NCBI GenBank assembly: GCA_965223295.1
Contig: CBDCWC010000003.1
Coordinates: forward strand, 384,001-448,000
DNA from: Nitrospirales bacterium
GTDB lineage: Bacteria > Nitrospirota > Nitrospiria > Nitrospirales > UBA8639
Direction: 5' to 3'
DNA: 64,000 bases
This document shows, piece by piece, positions 27,597-38,987 of this stretch. A program made the translations under genes and the position numbers. The notes beneath the pieces are model-generated. The model saw only the letters and a list, made by a program, of their open reading frames with translations, did no database searches and was not told the DNA's origin. Each line of letters begins with the position of its first letter. Position 1 is the stretch's first letter.

Positions 27597-29067
27597 CTAC
27601 GGACACTCCAAGCCCAGCGCATACGTCCCGAACTCGTTAGGTCATTCGCTCTCACCTTGATGACATAGGTCCCACTCTCCGGCAAGGTAACCTCCCGCTG
27701 CGTCGGGCCAAACGACGAGGTCACTTGCACTCCGGTGGGAGAGAAAACAAAAGCCTGTGGGAAAGGAGCCCCAGCGAACCCCGTATCTGCCAGCGTGATC
27801 GCCACCACCTGACCCGCCTGCCCACTGAAGGTAAACTCTTCCTCTTCACCAGCTATATCAATGGACCCTGACACTAAATCCCCACATTGCAGACTGGCGC
27901 CCGTGGGGGTATTAATCACAATAGTATCTGGGACACTATCAATCGTCCCATCATTGACGATGAGTTGCACCACGTACGTTCCCGGTAGATCCGCCACAAA
28001 GGTGAGATTCACAAGCGTCGGATCCGAAAGGGTGGCATTGCTCCCTGCTGGTTTCGTGGTCAGCGACCAGGCAAAGGTGAGCGGATCATTGTCCGCATCG
28101 CTTGAGCTGCTCCCATCCAATTGCACCGTATCGTCTACTTGTACGTTTTGATTCGACCCTGCCTCAGCCACTGGACGTAAGTTTTCGGTATCTATTACGA
28201 CCGTATCGGGCAGACTGTCCTCCGTCCCGTCATTGACGATCAGTTGCGCCACATACATCCCTGGCAGATCCGCCACAAACGTTGGCATCACCGCCGTCGG
28301 GTCAGACAAGGTGGCCGCGCTCCCCGCCGGGACCGTGGTCAGAGACCATTGAAACGTCAACGGATCGCCATCTACATCACTCGACCCACTCCCATCCAAC
28401 GTCACTGTGTTGCCCACATCTACCATGGACTGATCTGGACCGGCATCGGCCACAGGCGCCGTGTTGCCGGTCGTGATGACAACTTCCTCCGGCAAACTAT
28501 CTTCCTGGCTATCATTCACAATCAGCTGGAACTTATATTCTCCTGGAACATTGGCGAAAAACGTTGGCATAACAGTGGACTGATCCGACAGCACTGCGGC
28601 GCCTCCAGAAGGCTGAGAGGTAATCTGCCATTTAAATGTCAAGGGGTCCCCATCCGGATCGTTCGACCCACTCCCATCCAACGCCACCGTGTCACCAACT
28701 CCCACGGTCTGATCTGGGCCCGCATTGGCAATGGGTTTTCTATTGGAGGCTTCACAGGCGTTCGGTCAACCGGGAATCCAGACTGCCCGAAAGCTTCCGT
28801 GACAAAATTGACGTCGGTCATATCAATAATGCCACTGTCATCCGTGTCCGCACAAAGACATAGAGGATTGGCAGATAGGTCAGCACCAAAACAACTTCCG
28901 ACAATAGACGTATCCAATATATTCACAGTTCCGTCATTATTCAGGTCAGGATCAGGGGCAAGGGCAAGCAATGTCGAGGGCCAGACCACCACCAGTAAGA
29001 CCAGGAAAAGACTGGCAAAAGCTTTACTCAGCGTTTTCAAAGAATCCTGATTTACATTTCTGACCAT
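27597..29067 (-). CDS. Secreted dockerin + 3x PKD/Ig-like + PPC-like domain protein, two apparent frameshifts (~28745, ~27625)
   Basis: Signal peptide; DLNNDGTVNILD and DTDDSGIIDMTD Ca-binding pair; three P(I/V)AxAGxxQ...LDGSxSxDxDxDPLT repeats; the shifted frame ends TYALGLECP*. Confidence 0.75.
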
Positions 29068-29154
29068 GGTGCACCCCCCAATATCGAAGAAGACGGTTAC
29101 CCAATACGATATGAAAAAAGTTTAATAAGTACTACTTTTCTTCTGAAAACACCA

Positions 29155-29194
29155 AGGGCCATTTCTCAATAACTTTTACTGAAGAAATGGCCCT
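29155..29194 (-). terminator. Hairpin (possible attenuator) ahead of the dockerin-PKD gene
   Basis: 12-bp stem agggccatttct/agaaatggccct, then tggtgttttc on the minus strand. Confidence 0.55.
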
Positions 29195-29322
29195 CGGGCG
29201 CTCTTGGCGCAAATAGGCTCGAGAATTGGTTGAGTCTTAATTAGACCTCCGATAAGTCAAATAGCTAGCACGGTCATTCCCTTGTTATTTTGAACTCTCT
29301 TTTGCTTGGCTAAGATCTGCGT

Positions 29323-29967
29323 TTATTTACTGCCCATTGGACGGAAGGGCGTCCCCTTCATAAAGCGTCGCCCCACCAGCAATCCCCCGAGCCCAGTGGC
29401 CAACAACACAATCGTTCCGGGTTCTGGAACTACTGGTTGCCCATCTTGCCCATCTGTCACGATAATTTTTCCATTTTGCAGTGTGTCTGGGACAACTTCA
29501 AATACCTCCCCAGGTCCAGTTGTTCCAGCTAAAACGACATCATTTAATGTGAGGTCCGACATGCCCAAACCCTCTGCAGTGAATATAATACTGGCTAAGG
29601 GGAGCATGTCATCATTAGAAGGGGTAGACAAGGCCGTCAAATCAAATTCAACATCTGGCGGAATTGTATTCACCGTTGCAGTCGAGAATTCCCCAAACTG
29701 GCCAGTTAAGAACCCTCCAGAAGCCACACTGTTGGCATTCACAATAGTCGAGACAAAATCTAGATCGAATTCAAAGCCTTGAAGCGTATCTGTCAGTTCG
29801 GACACCACAACATTTGCAGTAATAGAATCTCCATTCACTATTGTCGCTGCGGGTTGGATCCCCGGTGCTCCTAGATCAAAATCAACCGATACTGAAACCG
29901 CCTCCGCCTCCAGACTTGCCCCGAAAAATACAGAAGCAACCACCAGACTCATCATCAATTTTTTCAT
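29323..29967 (-). CDS. PEP-CTERM sorted protein with cohesin-like domain
   Basis: Signal peptide; LQGFEFDLDF...VNANSVASGGFL...LASIIFTA..G.SDLTL cohesin-like strands; VPEPGTIVLLATGLGGLLVGRR sorting signal. Confidence 0.82.
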   Translation of the reverse strand: MKKLMMSLVVASVFFGASLEAEAVSVSVDFDLGAPGIQPAATIVNGDSITANVVVSELTDTLQGFEFDLDFVSTIVNANSVASGGFLTGQFGEFSTATVNTIPPDVEFDLTALSTPSNDDMLPLASIIFTAEGLGMSDLTLNDVVLAGTTGPGEVFEVVPDTLQNGKIIVTDGQDGQPVVPEPGTIVLLATGLGGLLVGRRFMKGTPFRPMGSK

Positions 29968-30013
29968 AAGACCCTCCATCATCACTTGTATGACTCGTTA
30001 GGTGGACTCGTTA

Positions 30014-30193
30014 TCACACCCCCAATGATTGTTCCCCATCCAAATTTCTGAAAATAAGATTTCCCTCTTTAGATTTCACTTCAAATCGCAACTTGCATTT
30101 TTCGCATTTCATTTCTAGAACCACAAATTCTCCGCATCCTTTAAACCGGCCACATCGTGGGCATCGAATATCGTGGGTAAAGAGATTTTGCAT
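30014..30193 (-). CDS. Com-family (phage Mu Com-like) zinc-finger regulator
   Basis: DIRCPRCGR...LEMKCEKCK, 59 aa. Confidence 0.65.
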   Translation of the reverse strand: MQNLFTHDIRCPRCGRFKGCGEFVVLEMKCEKCKLRFEVKSKEGNLIFRNLDGEQSLGV

Positions 30194-30442
30194 AGTCCTT
30201 ACAGACCATACCCCTAGCACTTTCTTATAAAGCGGGACAAGGTGACTATGTTCCGTTTTCCTTCTAATAGTTGAGATATTTTAACTAACAGACCCCACTG
30301 TCCTTGATAGCTTCATGTAGGGAAAATCCTACCCTCCTAAAATTCATGAAAAATGTCGAGCCATTTCTAATGGAACGTCGTAAAAGGAGAAATTTCTCAT
30401 ACACAAACAGCTGTACTCCAAACCTCGGCGAACTTCAGTATA

Positions 30443-30825
30443 GTCCTCATTGATACATCGGCATGGATTGTTTTTTTTCAAACCAGGGCATTCTCCAGCG
30501 AAATCTTCGGTCACCAGTCTTCTGGATGAACAAAGGGGTATATTAGTCGGAGTTGTTTTGAGCGAACTGATCCAAGGCGCCGGGTCATCTCAAGGGCGAA
30601 AGGACCTTCAAGATACGTTAATTGCCTTGCCATATTTGGAAATGACACCACATACTTGGCTGCTGACCGGTGAAATGGAAGTCAGTTGCGAAGGAAAGGG
30701 ATGACTGTGGGCATGCCTGATTTAATTGTTGCAACCTTACTCAAGAATACGATTGCCAGGTATATGGTTCGGATTCCGACTTTCGACGAATCCCTAACCT
30801 CTCGTTGTACTCCCCTTCAAAATAA
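30443..30825 (+). pseudogene. VapC/PIN toxin pseudogene
   Basis: VLIDTSAWI, VVLSELIQG, LRRKG..VGMPDLIVA, DSDFRRIPNL across several frameshifts. Confidence 0.8.
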
Positions 30826-30881
30826 CCTATGGACCAGAGGTTTCTAGGATGAATGCCTACCAATACTAATTTATTTCTGAT

Positions 30882-30939
30882 TCCGCTGTTTGCGGGGGAA
30901 ATAGGCGTCGTGGACTTTTTTGAGACGGGTGTATTCGAC
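30882..30939 (-). repeat. Duplicate of the xerD 3' end (att-like)
   Basis: 54/58 identical to 31788-31845. Confidence 0.9.
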
Positions 30940-30962
30940 AGAAATCTCTGATTGAATTGCTG

Positions 30963-31292
30963 TCATGAGACAGTGCTGCGAGGACGGCGTGCGTTGGACC
31001 GCGAGAGTCGGTTGGTTCTTGCTGGTGGAGCAGGCTCAGCTTTCTCACCTAACCACACTTTGATCAAAGACTGGTAGGGAACATCACGCCGATTGGCTTC
31101 GACTTTAATTTTCTCTAGCAACGAGAGTGGGAGGCGCAAAGAAATGGCCTGGGTGGACGGCTTCAGGTTGGGGAACCTCACATTCTTCGCCTGCGTCCAA
31201 TCAAGATATTCTGCTGAATTGTGGCTCTCCCAAAATACCCGCTCTTCAGCTTCGGTTTTAAACTTCGGAATTGTTTTGCGTTTTTTCTTCAT
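30963..31292 (-). CDS. BrnA/CopG-family antitoxin
   Basis: IPKFKTEAEERVFWESH, ISLRLP, VPYQSLIKVWL. Confidence 0.88.
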   Translation of the reverse strand: MKKKRKTIPKFKTEAEERVFWESHNSAEYLDWTQAKNVRFPNLKPSTQAISLRLPLSLLEKIKVEANRRDVPYQSLIKVWLGEKAEPAPPARTNRLSRSNARRPRSTVS

Positions 31293-31575
31293 AGATCCTC
31301 CGTTCCGTTCGGTGCATCGCACGCGCCGAGATCACTCGAATTTTTCGCCCTCCAAACCTCAATGTGAACGTGATATGCAGCAAACGGCCCTCATTGGTTT
31401 TACCAAGGATGTGAAATCGTAGCTCTGCCTCACTGTGCTTGACATCTGGGACTTGGATAACCGGCACATTAAAGAATACTTGCTCAGCCTCAACTTGTGT
31501 CACTCCATGTTTATCCTCACTCTTTCGGGCATTGGCCGCATCCCAATCGAAGCCATCAACATTCCGAAAATCCAT
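31258..31575 (-). CDS. BrnT family toxin
   Basis: FDWDAANARKSEDKHGV, HSEAELR, IRVISAR. Confidence 0.92.
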   Translation of the reverse strand: MDFRNVDGFDWDAANARKSEDKHGVTQVEAEQVFFNVPVIQVPDVKHSEAELRFHILGKTNEGRLLHITFTLRFGGRKIRVISARAMHRTERRIYEEKTQNNSEV

Positions 31576-31767
31576 TATTTTTGTATATTACTATAATATA
31601 CATATTCAATCAAGATTGTCATAACTAACCTTTTTTAAAGACTAGGCTGGGAAACTTACCCTCTCCAAGACGAGGACATCAGCAACCCCGCGCTCTCCAT
31701 TAGATACAAGACTCAAGGACCTACAGAGTTTCGATAAACTTTCTGCAGATTCAGGAATGCCTATTTC

Positions 31768-32751
31768 CTATTTATTTTCGATTCTACTCCGCTGTTTGCG
31801 GGGGAAATAGGCGTTGTGGACTTTTTTGAGACGGGCATGTTCGACGTGGGTATAGATTTGGGTAGTGGCAATGCTGGCATGGCCTAGCATGGTTTGCACG
31901 GATCGAAGATCTGCCCCATGATCCAACAAATGCGTGGCAAACGAATGGCGTAGCATATGGGGTGAAATGGGTTTCGTGATACCGGCGCGAGCAGCACGGG
32001 ATTTTAAAATGCTCCAAAAACATTGTCGGCTCATAGCCCGACCCAAACGTGTAAGGAAAAGCGCGGGGGAATGACGATTTTTCAAATACTGAGGACGACT
32101 CATCTGAACATAGTCGGACACTAAATCTCGAGCTTTTTGACCAATAGGTACAATACGCTGTTTCTCACGCTTTCCTGTCGCCTGCAAAAATCCCACCTCC
32201 AAATTCAGGTCAGCCACTTCTAAATTGACCAACTCCGAGACACGAAGACCCGTCGCATACAGGAGTTCAACCATGGCAGCATCACGTCGATCATCCCGAT
32301 GATTGATCGACGGAAGTTGAAGCAAGCGAGTAACTTCAGCTTCTGTGAGCAATTTAGGGAGTTGTGCCCACTGCTTCGGTGTGCCTTTTAACAATCCCCC
32401 TACTGTGTGACCTTTTTCCATCGACACATGTTTATAAAAACCCCGGACAGCAGCCATACAACGCGCAATAGAGGAAGACGATAAACCCGAAGATTTCAGG
32501 CTACCCAGAAATTGAATCCACAGAGGTTTGGTCAATGCTTGAAAATCAGCAATACCTTCTTGTTGAAAAAAATCTATGAGTTTTCTCAAATCCCGGCGAT
32601 AAGCCGCCAACGTATTGGTGGCACACCCGCTTTCGACTTGCAGTATCGTGAGATAATTATTCAGCAATTCTTGCATGTGATTTTGAGAAAAAGGAGTCTC
32701 TTCAAGACACTGAGTGAAAGACTTCGGTTCTGCTGCGGCCTTATTTGACAA
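31768..32751 (-). CDS. xerD: Tyrosine recombinase XerD
   Basis: NTLAAYRRDL, LYATGLRVSEL, SPHMLRHSFATHLL, LGHASIATTQIY; start uncertain. Confidence 0.92.
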   Translation of the reverse strand: MSNKAAAEPKSFTQCLEETPFSQNHMQELLNNYLTILQVESGCATNTLAAYRRDLRKLIDFFQQEGIADFQALTKPLWIQFLGSLKSSGLSSSSIARCMAAVRGFYKHVSMEKGHTVGGLLKGTPKQWAQLPKLLTEAEVTRLLQLPSINHRDDRRDAAMVELLYATGLRVSELVNLEVADLNLEVGFLQATGKREKQRIVPIGQKARDLVSDYVQMSRPQYLKNRHSPALFLTRLGRAMSRQCFWSILKSRAARAGITKPISPHMLRHSFATHLLDHGADLRSVQTMLGHASIATTQIYTHVEHARLKKVHNAYFPRKQRSRIENK

Positions 32752-32841
32752 AATTTTTAATGTTCTCCTATTTAGGTAAGCCTACTTCCTGATATAATAA
32801 TCTGTAATGACATTCAACGCACCCCTATCAACAGCATAATC

Positions 32842-34818
32842 TTGAGCAACCACCGATTTTTTCTCACCGTTGTCCCTAAGTTTCTCTTCGGTATCCTGCA
32901 TCTTCCTCGAAATCTTTTGAGATGCGTGTCGGCCTGTGTCCTAGTCACTTTTCTTTGCCTAGGGTTGATGCCCACACTTACGACCCCACTTCTCTCTGTG
33001 GCCGCGGAAACCTCTCCAGCAACTATGCTTGAACAAGCAAAAGCCCGATTGAACGCAAATAAACTCACCAACGCCCTCGAAATACTAGAGGAGCTCATTG
33101 ACTCCCTCCCACCTCCGACGATTCTCCAAGAAGCCTATCTCTTACAGGCCACTGCGCTCAAGAAAGATAACCAACATCCTGAAGCGCTCAGCGTCCTAAA
33201 GCAGTTGCTGGAAGAATTTCCGTTTTCGCCAGCCTCAAACTCTGCGCGGGTACTCATGGCTGAGCTGTACCTCGAACTCAAAGACCCCGAGCAGGCGCTC
33301 ACCCAACTATACCTGGCTTTGGACTATGCGGCCGATCAAGAGCTACGCCGGAACCTGTTTCAACTCATCCGACAGGCAGAACTGGACAATAACAATCCCC
33401 TGGGCGCTGTAAAGGCCGCATTGAATGAAATGACACTCGTCGAGCCTTCCGAACGTCTGGAACTCGAGCAACTAACGCAATCCCTGATTCTTCAAGAATT
33501 AAATGAAGAAGACCTCGAAGAGTTGTTGGAAAGCCATGCCACTCGATATCCGGGAGATATTGCAAGCATTCGACTGATTGAAATTCATACGTCCCGGGGA
33601 GATGAAGTCCTGGCGGAACGGGACATTCGTGGGTTTTTGAAACGCTTTCCTACACATCCCTATGCCGAAACCGCAATGGCCCTGCTTCAATCATTTATTC
33701 AAAAAATCAAAGTCCATCAACATATTCTCGGCGTGGCCTTACCTTTTTCCGGACCTATGAAACGCTATGGAACGGATTTACTGCATGGCATCCGGCTGGC
33801 CCTGGACATCGCCAAAGAAGAATGGGGGCTCACCTCCGTCGGACTCGTCGTGAAAGACACCACAATGCTCAATTCTCCATTACGCGTTGAGATGCAACAA
33901 TTGCTCAATGAATTCCAACCCCGCGCGATCATTGGACCACTATTGACCAGAGAAATTCGCAACTTGGGACGTCTCCCAGATGACTATGCCACTCCATTTA
34001 TTACCCCTTCGTCCACCCTACTCAACGTCAGGCAATATGGGTCGTTTTGGTTCAATACCGCGATGACGTCTTCCGTACAGGCCAAACGTCTCGTGGAATA
34101 CGCTGTCATGAAATTAGACTATCATCGTTTTTGTATCATCTATCCACAGACAGCGTATGGCCGGGAACTGGCCGACATGTTTAGCAAAGAAGTGCTGCAT
34201 TCTGGTGGAGAGATTATTGCCGCCGAAGGATATGATGAAGACCAAAGGGATATTGGGGAACAATTGCGTCGAATCAAGGCCAAAGATTTAACCCTCTATG
34301 GCCTTGAAGAACCCGAAGAAACGCTCACCGGAGAAGAGCGCCTTGTCTATACACCCGGCTTTGATGCCGTCTTTCTTCCCGGCCAATCAGTGCAATTGGC
34401 CATGATCGCCGCGCAACTGGCCTTTTTTGATATGAATGTTCCAATTCTTGGCAGTAATAGCTGGCATACGCCGGAGTTGTTTCGATGGGCAAAACAAGAT
34501 CTCAATGGCAGTATTTTTGTGGATGGATTTTTTCTCAATAGCCCGGATCCGAGTGTCCAGATGTTCATCCAACGCTACCGCGCCCGCTACCAGACCGATC
34601 CCTCCCTTTTCGCCGTGCAGGCCTTCGACGCCGCCACGCTGGTTCTCGAAACTCTTCGTAAGGGCGCACAATCTGGACAAGATGTCTGGGATCAACTGGT
34701 CAGACGCTCAGACCTACCCGCCTTAAGTGGCTTTGCCTCCTTTAGCTCAGCGGGAACCCTGAACCGCCGTCTCTATCTGCTGGAGGTCAATAATCTGACC
34801 TTCACGCAACTGAATTAA
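32842..34818 (+). CDS. TPR + LppC/LpoA-like periplasmic binding-fold protein (PBP activator-like)
   Basis: TPR-like N-half; GVALPFSG, AIIGPL, FDAVFLP. Confidence 0.75.
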   Translation: MSNHRFFLTVVPKFLFGILHLPRNLLRCVSACVLVTFLCLGLMPTLTTPLLSVAAETSPATMLEQAKARLNANKLTNALEILEELIDSLPPPTILQEAYLLQATALKKDNQHPEALSVLKQLLEEFPFSPASNSARVLMAELYLELKDPEQALTQLYLALDYAADQELRRNLFQLIRQAELDNNNPLGAVKAALNEMTLVEPSERLELEQLTQSLILQELNEEDLEELLESHATRYPGDIASIRLIEIHTSRGDEVLAERDIRGFLKRFPTHPYAETAMALLQSFIQKIKVHQHILGVALPFSGPMKRYGTDLLHGIRLALDIAKEEWGLTSVGLVVKDTTMLNSPLRVEMQQLLNEFQPRAIIGPLLTREIRNLGRLPDDYATPFITPSSTLLNVRQYGSFWFNTAMTSSVQAKRLVEYAVMKLDYHRFCIIYPQTAYGRELADMFSKEVLHSGGEIIAAEGYDEDQRDIGEQLRRIKAKDLTLYGLEEPEETLTGEERLVYTPGFDAVFLPGQSVQLAMIAAQLAFFDMNVPILGSNSWHTPELFRWAKQDLNGSIFVDGFFLNSPDPSVQMFIQRYRARYQTDPSLFAVQAFDAATLVLETLRKGAQSGQDVWDQLVRRSDLPALSGFASFSSAGTLNRRLYLLEVNNLTFTQLN

Positions 34819-34823
34819 ATCCG

Positions 34824-35537
34824 ATGGACTCTATCGCTTCGTTCCTTCATACATTGTCGTATATGCTTGTGCCTCTGTTAGCGGCGGTGGTGCTTCATGA
34901 ATATGCCCATGGATGGGTGGCCAATTTTTTCGGAGATCACACGGCAAAGTCACTGGGAAGACTCACCATCAATCCCATTCCTCACATTGATCCCTGGGGC
35001 AGTATCTTGGTCCCGTTGCTGCTCTCTCTTGTTCCAGGCGGCGTCATTTTCGGATGGGCCAAACCAGTCCCCATTAATCCAAACCAACTCCACAATCCAC
35101 GTCGGGACATGGCCTTTGTGGCAATCGCAGGCCCGCTCATGAATTTATTCTTAGCCATCCTCAGTGGCCTCATACTCAGCTTGATCTTATTTGTAGACCC
35201 TACCATTCAAGACAATTGGCCCCCACAACCTGGAACAGCGCCTCGAGAAGATTTACTCGGTATGTTACTCGTACCCTTAGCCGCCATGGCACTATCATCC
35301 ATCATCGTAAATATCGTTCTCCTGTCGTTCAATCTTCTTCCCTTTCCACCATTAGATGGCAGCCGGGTATTACGAAGTATGCTTTCTCCTCAACGAGCAC
35401 TTCTCTTGAACCGACTCGAACCCTATGGCATGCTTATAATCTTTGGCCTGCTCATGTTAGATTCCCGCATCCCGATAATTAGCTCATTTATCTTTTTTAT
35501 GTTTCGCCTCATTGGCCAACCTTTTTTGCCAACCTAA
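34824..35537 (+). CDS. Site-2 protease (M50)
   Basis: HEYAH, AGPLMN, FNLLPFPPLDGS. Confidence 0.95.
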   Translation: MDSIASFLHTLSYMLVPLLAAVVLHEYAHGWVANFFGDHTAKSLGRLTINPIPHIDPWGSILVPLLLSLVPGGVIFGWAKPVPINPNQLHNPRRDMAFVAIAGPLMNLFLAILSGLILSLILFVDPTIQDNWPPQPGTAPREDLLGMLLVPLAAMALSSIIVNIVLLSFNLLPFPPLDGSRVLRSMLSPQRALLLNRLEPYGMLIIFGLLMLDSRIPIISSFIFFMFRLIGQPFLPT

Positions 35538-35567
35538 GGCATTCTTTTTCAGAGGAAGATTACACTC

Positions 35568-36548
35568 ATGACGACACGCGTACTGAGCGGCATGCAACCC
35601 AGCGGACTCATGCACCTTGGCAATTTGCTTGGGGCCTTAGAAAATTGGAAGACGCTTCAAGCCCAGCATGACTGTTTTTTTTTCGTGGCTGACTGGCATG
35701 CCCTTTCGACAAACTACGCCGATACGAGCCGGCTCAAAGAGTTTACCCAAGAATTACTCATCGACTGGCTTGCCGCTGGCATCGATCCCAATCGAGCCAC
35801 GGTGTTTATCCAATCACAAGTTCCTGAACATGCGATTTTGCATTTACTCTTCTCCATGATCATTCCCATTCCCTGGTTGGAGCGCAATCCTACTTACAAG
35901 GAAAAACAAGAAGAAATCACCGAAAAAGATCTGTCGACCTATGGATTCTTAGGATACCCCGTCCTTCAAGCTGCAGACATTCTGCTATACAAACCCAACC
36001 TTGTTCCAGTCGGAAAAGATCAGCTTCCACATTTAGAACTGACCCGGGAAGTAGGCCGTCGATTTAATAGTTTATACAAACCGGTGTTTTCCGACCCCAA
36101 AGAATATTTGACACAATTCCCCAAAGTACTCGGGACAGATGGGCGGAAGATGAGTAAGAGTTACCACAATACGATTAATCTCTCCGACACCGAACCCACC
36201 CTCCGCCAAAAACTCAAAACCATGGTGACCGACCCCGCTCGAGTACGCCGGACCGATAAGGGCAATCCTGAAGTCTGCCCGGTTTACGACTTTCACAAGA
36301 TCTTTTCTTCCACCGAGGTCACCTCACAAATTGACAACGATTGCCGGACAGCCGCGATCGGATGCATCGACTGCAAACGACAAGTGGGAGATACCATCGT
36401 CCAACGCTTTTCGCCGATGTGGGAAACCCGTGAAAAAATTTCCGCTGACCCTACGCATACTCGTGAAGTCGTTGAAGAGGGACGCAAACGGGCGTCGGCC
36501 GTAGCCAAAGAAACAATGACCGAAGTCAACGAAGCAATGAACATCTGA
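35568..36548 (+). CDS. trpS: Tryptophan--tRNA ligase
   Basis: SGMQPSG, HLGN, YPVLQAADIL, KMSKS. Confidence 0.98.
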   Translation: MTTRVLSGMQPSGLMHLGNLLGALENWKTLQAQHDCFFFVADWHALSTNYADTSRLKEFTQELLIDWLAAGIDPNRATVFIQSQVPEHAILHLLFSMIIPIPWLERNPTYKEKQEEITEKDLSTYGFLGYPVLQAADILLYKPNLVPVGKDQLPHLELTREVGRRFNSLYKPVFSDPKEYLTQFPKVLGTDGRKMSKSYHNTINLSDTEPTLRQKLKTMVTDPARVRRTDKGNPEVCPVYDFHKIFSSTEVTSQIDNDCRTAAIGCIDCKRQVGDTIVQRFSPMWETREKISADPTHTREVVEEGRKRASAVAKETMTEVNEAMNI

Positions 36549-36637
36549 GTAATCTTCCCGCTACATTTCTTGACAGGACTTAGACCCATCGCTACTATGA
36601 AGAATTGTCTATTTTCTGTTATCTACACCTATATTGA

Positions 36638-37657
<1,020 letters not shown>

Positions 37658-37728
37658 TTCACAGCTAATCCGCGGGCCCTTCCAGAGGTCTCGCCCTACT
37701 CCATCTCTCACGGAGGGCAGAGGGAGTC

Positions 37729-38928
37729 ATGAATCTCACAAAACAAACCATTGACCAAGTCGATCTCCGCAATAAACGTGTTCTCATTCGCGTGGACTTT
37801 AACGTCCCGTTAGATGATACGGGTGAAATTACCGACGACTCACGCATTCGGGCGGCACTACCCACCATCAATAGAGCACTGGACCAAGACGCTCTTGTCA
37901 TTCTGTGTTCCCATTTAGGCCGTCCCAAAGGCACGAAAGACCCGGCACTGAGTCTGGCGCCCATCGCCACGCGCCTACGTCGTCTCCTGAATAAGCCCGT
38001 GACATTTACTGAAGATTGCATCGGACCCATCGTGGAATCAGCCGTAAAGAGCGCAAAACCTGGTGATGTTGTGCTCCTAGAGAATTTACGCTTTCATCCA
38101 GGTGAAGAAAAAAATGACGATCAATTCTCCGAACAACTCGCGAATCTTGCAGACGTTTATATCAACGAAGCCTTTGGAACGGCCCATCGCTCGCATGCCT
38201 CTACAGTGGGCATTACTAAATATGTGAAGGTCTCCGCTGCAGGATTTCTCATGAAACGTGAAGTCGAGGCGTTAGAAGGAAGCGTGGAAAATCCTGTTCG
38301 CCCGTTCGTCGCCATTTTAGGAGGGGCAAAGGTTTCGGGAAAAATCGGAGTCATCAAAAATCTAGGCGGAAAGGTTGATAAAGTCATCATCGGCGGCGGC
38401 ATGGCCTTTACCTTTATCAAAGCTCTGGGATTTGAAATCGGCAAATCATTGGTCGAAGACGACATGCTGGATTTAGCCAAACAAATCCTCGAGCAAGCCA
38501 TGGCTGAAAAAATCAAGTTTTATCTCCCTGTGGACTGCGTTGTCGCCGCAAGTATGGAACCTGACGCGGAAACCATGATCACCACTATTCAGGAAATCCC
38601 GCCAGGGTGGTATGGCATGGATATCGGCCCCGCTTCCGTCCGGCTCTTTGGTGAAGCCGTGCAAAATGCCAAAACGATCTTATGGAATGGTCCCATGGGC
38701 GTGTTTGAGCGTGATGCTTTTTCCCGTGGGACATTTGCTCTGGCTCATTCCGTTGCAAATGCCTATGCCAAAAGTATTGTCGGTGGAGGAGATACGGCAT
38801 TAGCAGTACATCGTGCGGGTGAATCGGAAAGCATGGCCTTTATTTCAACAGGTGGGGGCGCAGCGCTCCAACTGCTTGAGGGCAAACACATGCCGGGACT
38901 CGCGGCATTACCCGACCGGCCGTACTAA
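37729..38928 (+). CDS. pgk: Phosphoglycerate kinase
   Basis: RVDFNVP, SHLGRP, LENLRF, GGAKV, STGGGA. Confidence 0.98.
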   Translation: MNLTKQTIDQVDLRNKRVLIRVDFNVPLDDTGEITDDSRIRAALPTINRALDQDALVILCSHLGRPKGTKDPALSLAPIATRLRRLLNKPVTFTEDCIGPIVESAVKSAKPGDVVLLENLRFHPGEEKNDDQFSEQLANLADVYINEAFGTAHRSHASTVGITKYVKVSAAGFLMKREVEALEGSVENPVRPFVAILGGAKVSGKIGVIKNLGGKVDKVIIGGGMAFTFIKALGFEIGKSLVEDDMLDLAKQILEQAMAEKIKFYLPVDCVVAASMEPDAETMITTIQEIPPGWYGMDIGPASVRLFGEAVQNAKTILWNGPMGVFERDAFSRGTFALAHSVANAYAKSIVGGGDTALAVHRAGESESMAFISTGGGAALQLLEGKHMPGLAALPDRPY

Positions 38929-38987
38929 CACATTCTGATTCGACGACAACTTCTTTTTTCCATCTCAATTCTGAGCGAAGGAATTCC

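Noticed and set aside
29200-29320. c-di-GMP riboswitch ahead of the surface-protein gene
   Set aside because: GEMM consensus elements were not found.
31768-32751. Phage integrase marking a prophage
   Set aside because: Sequence matches housekeeping XerD and no phage structural genes are present.
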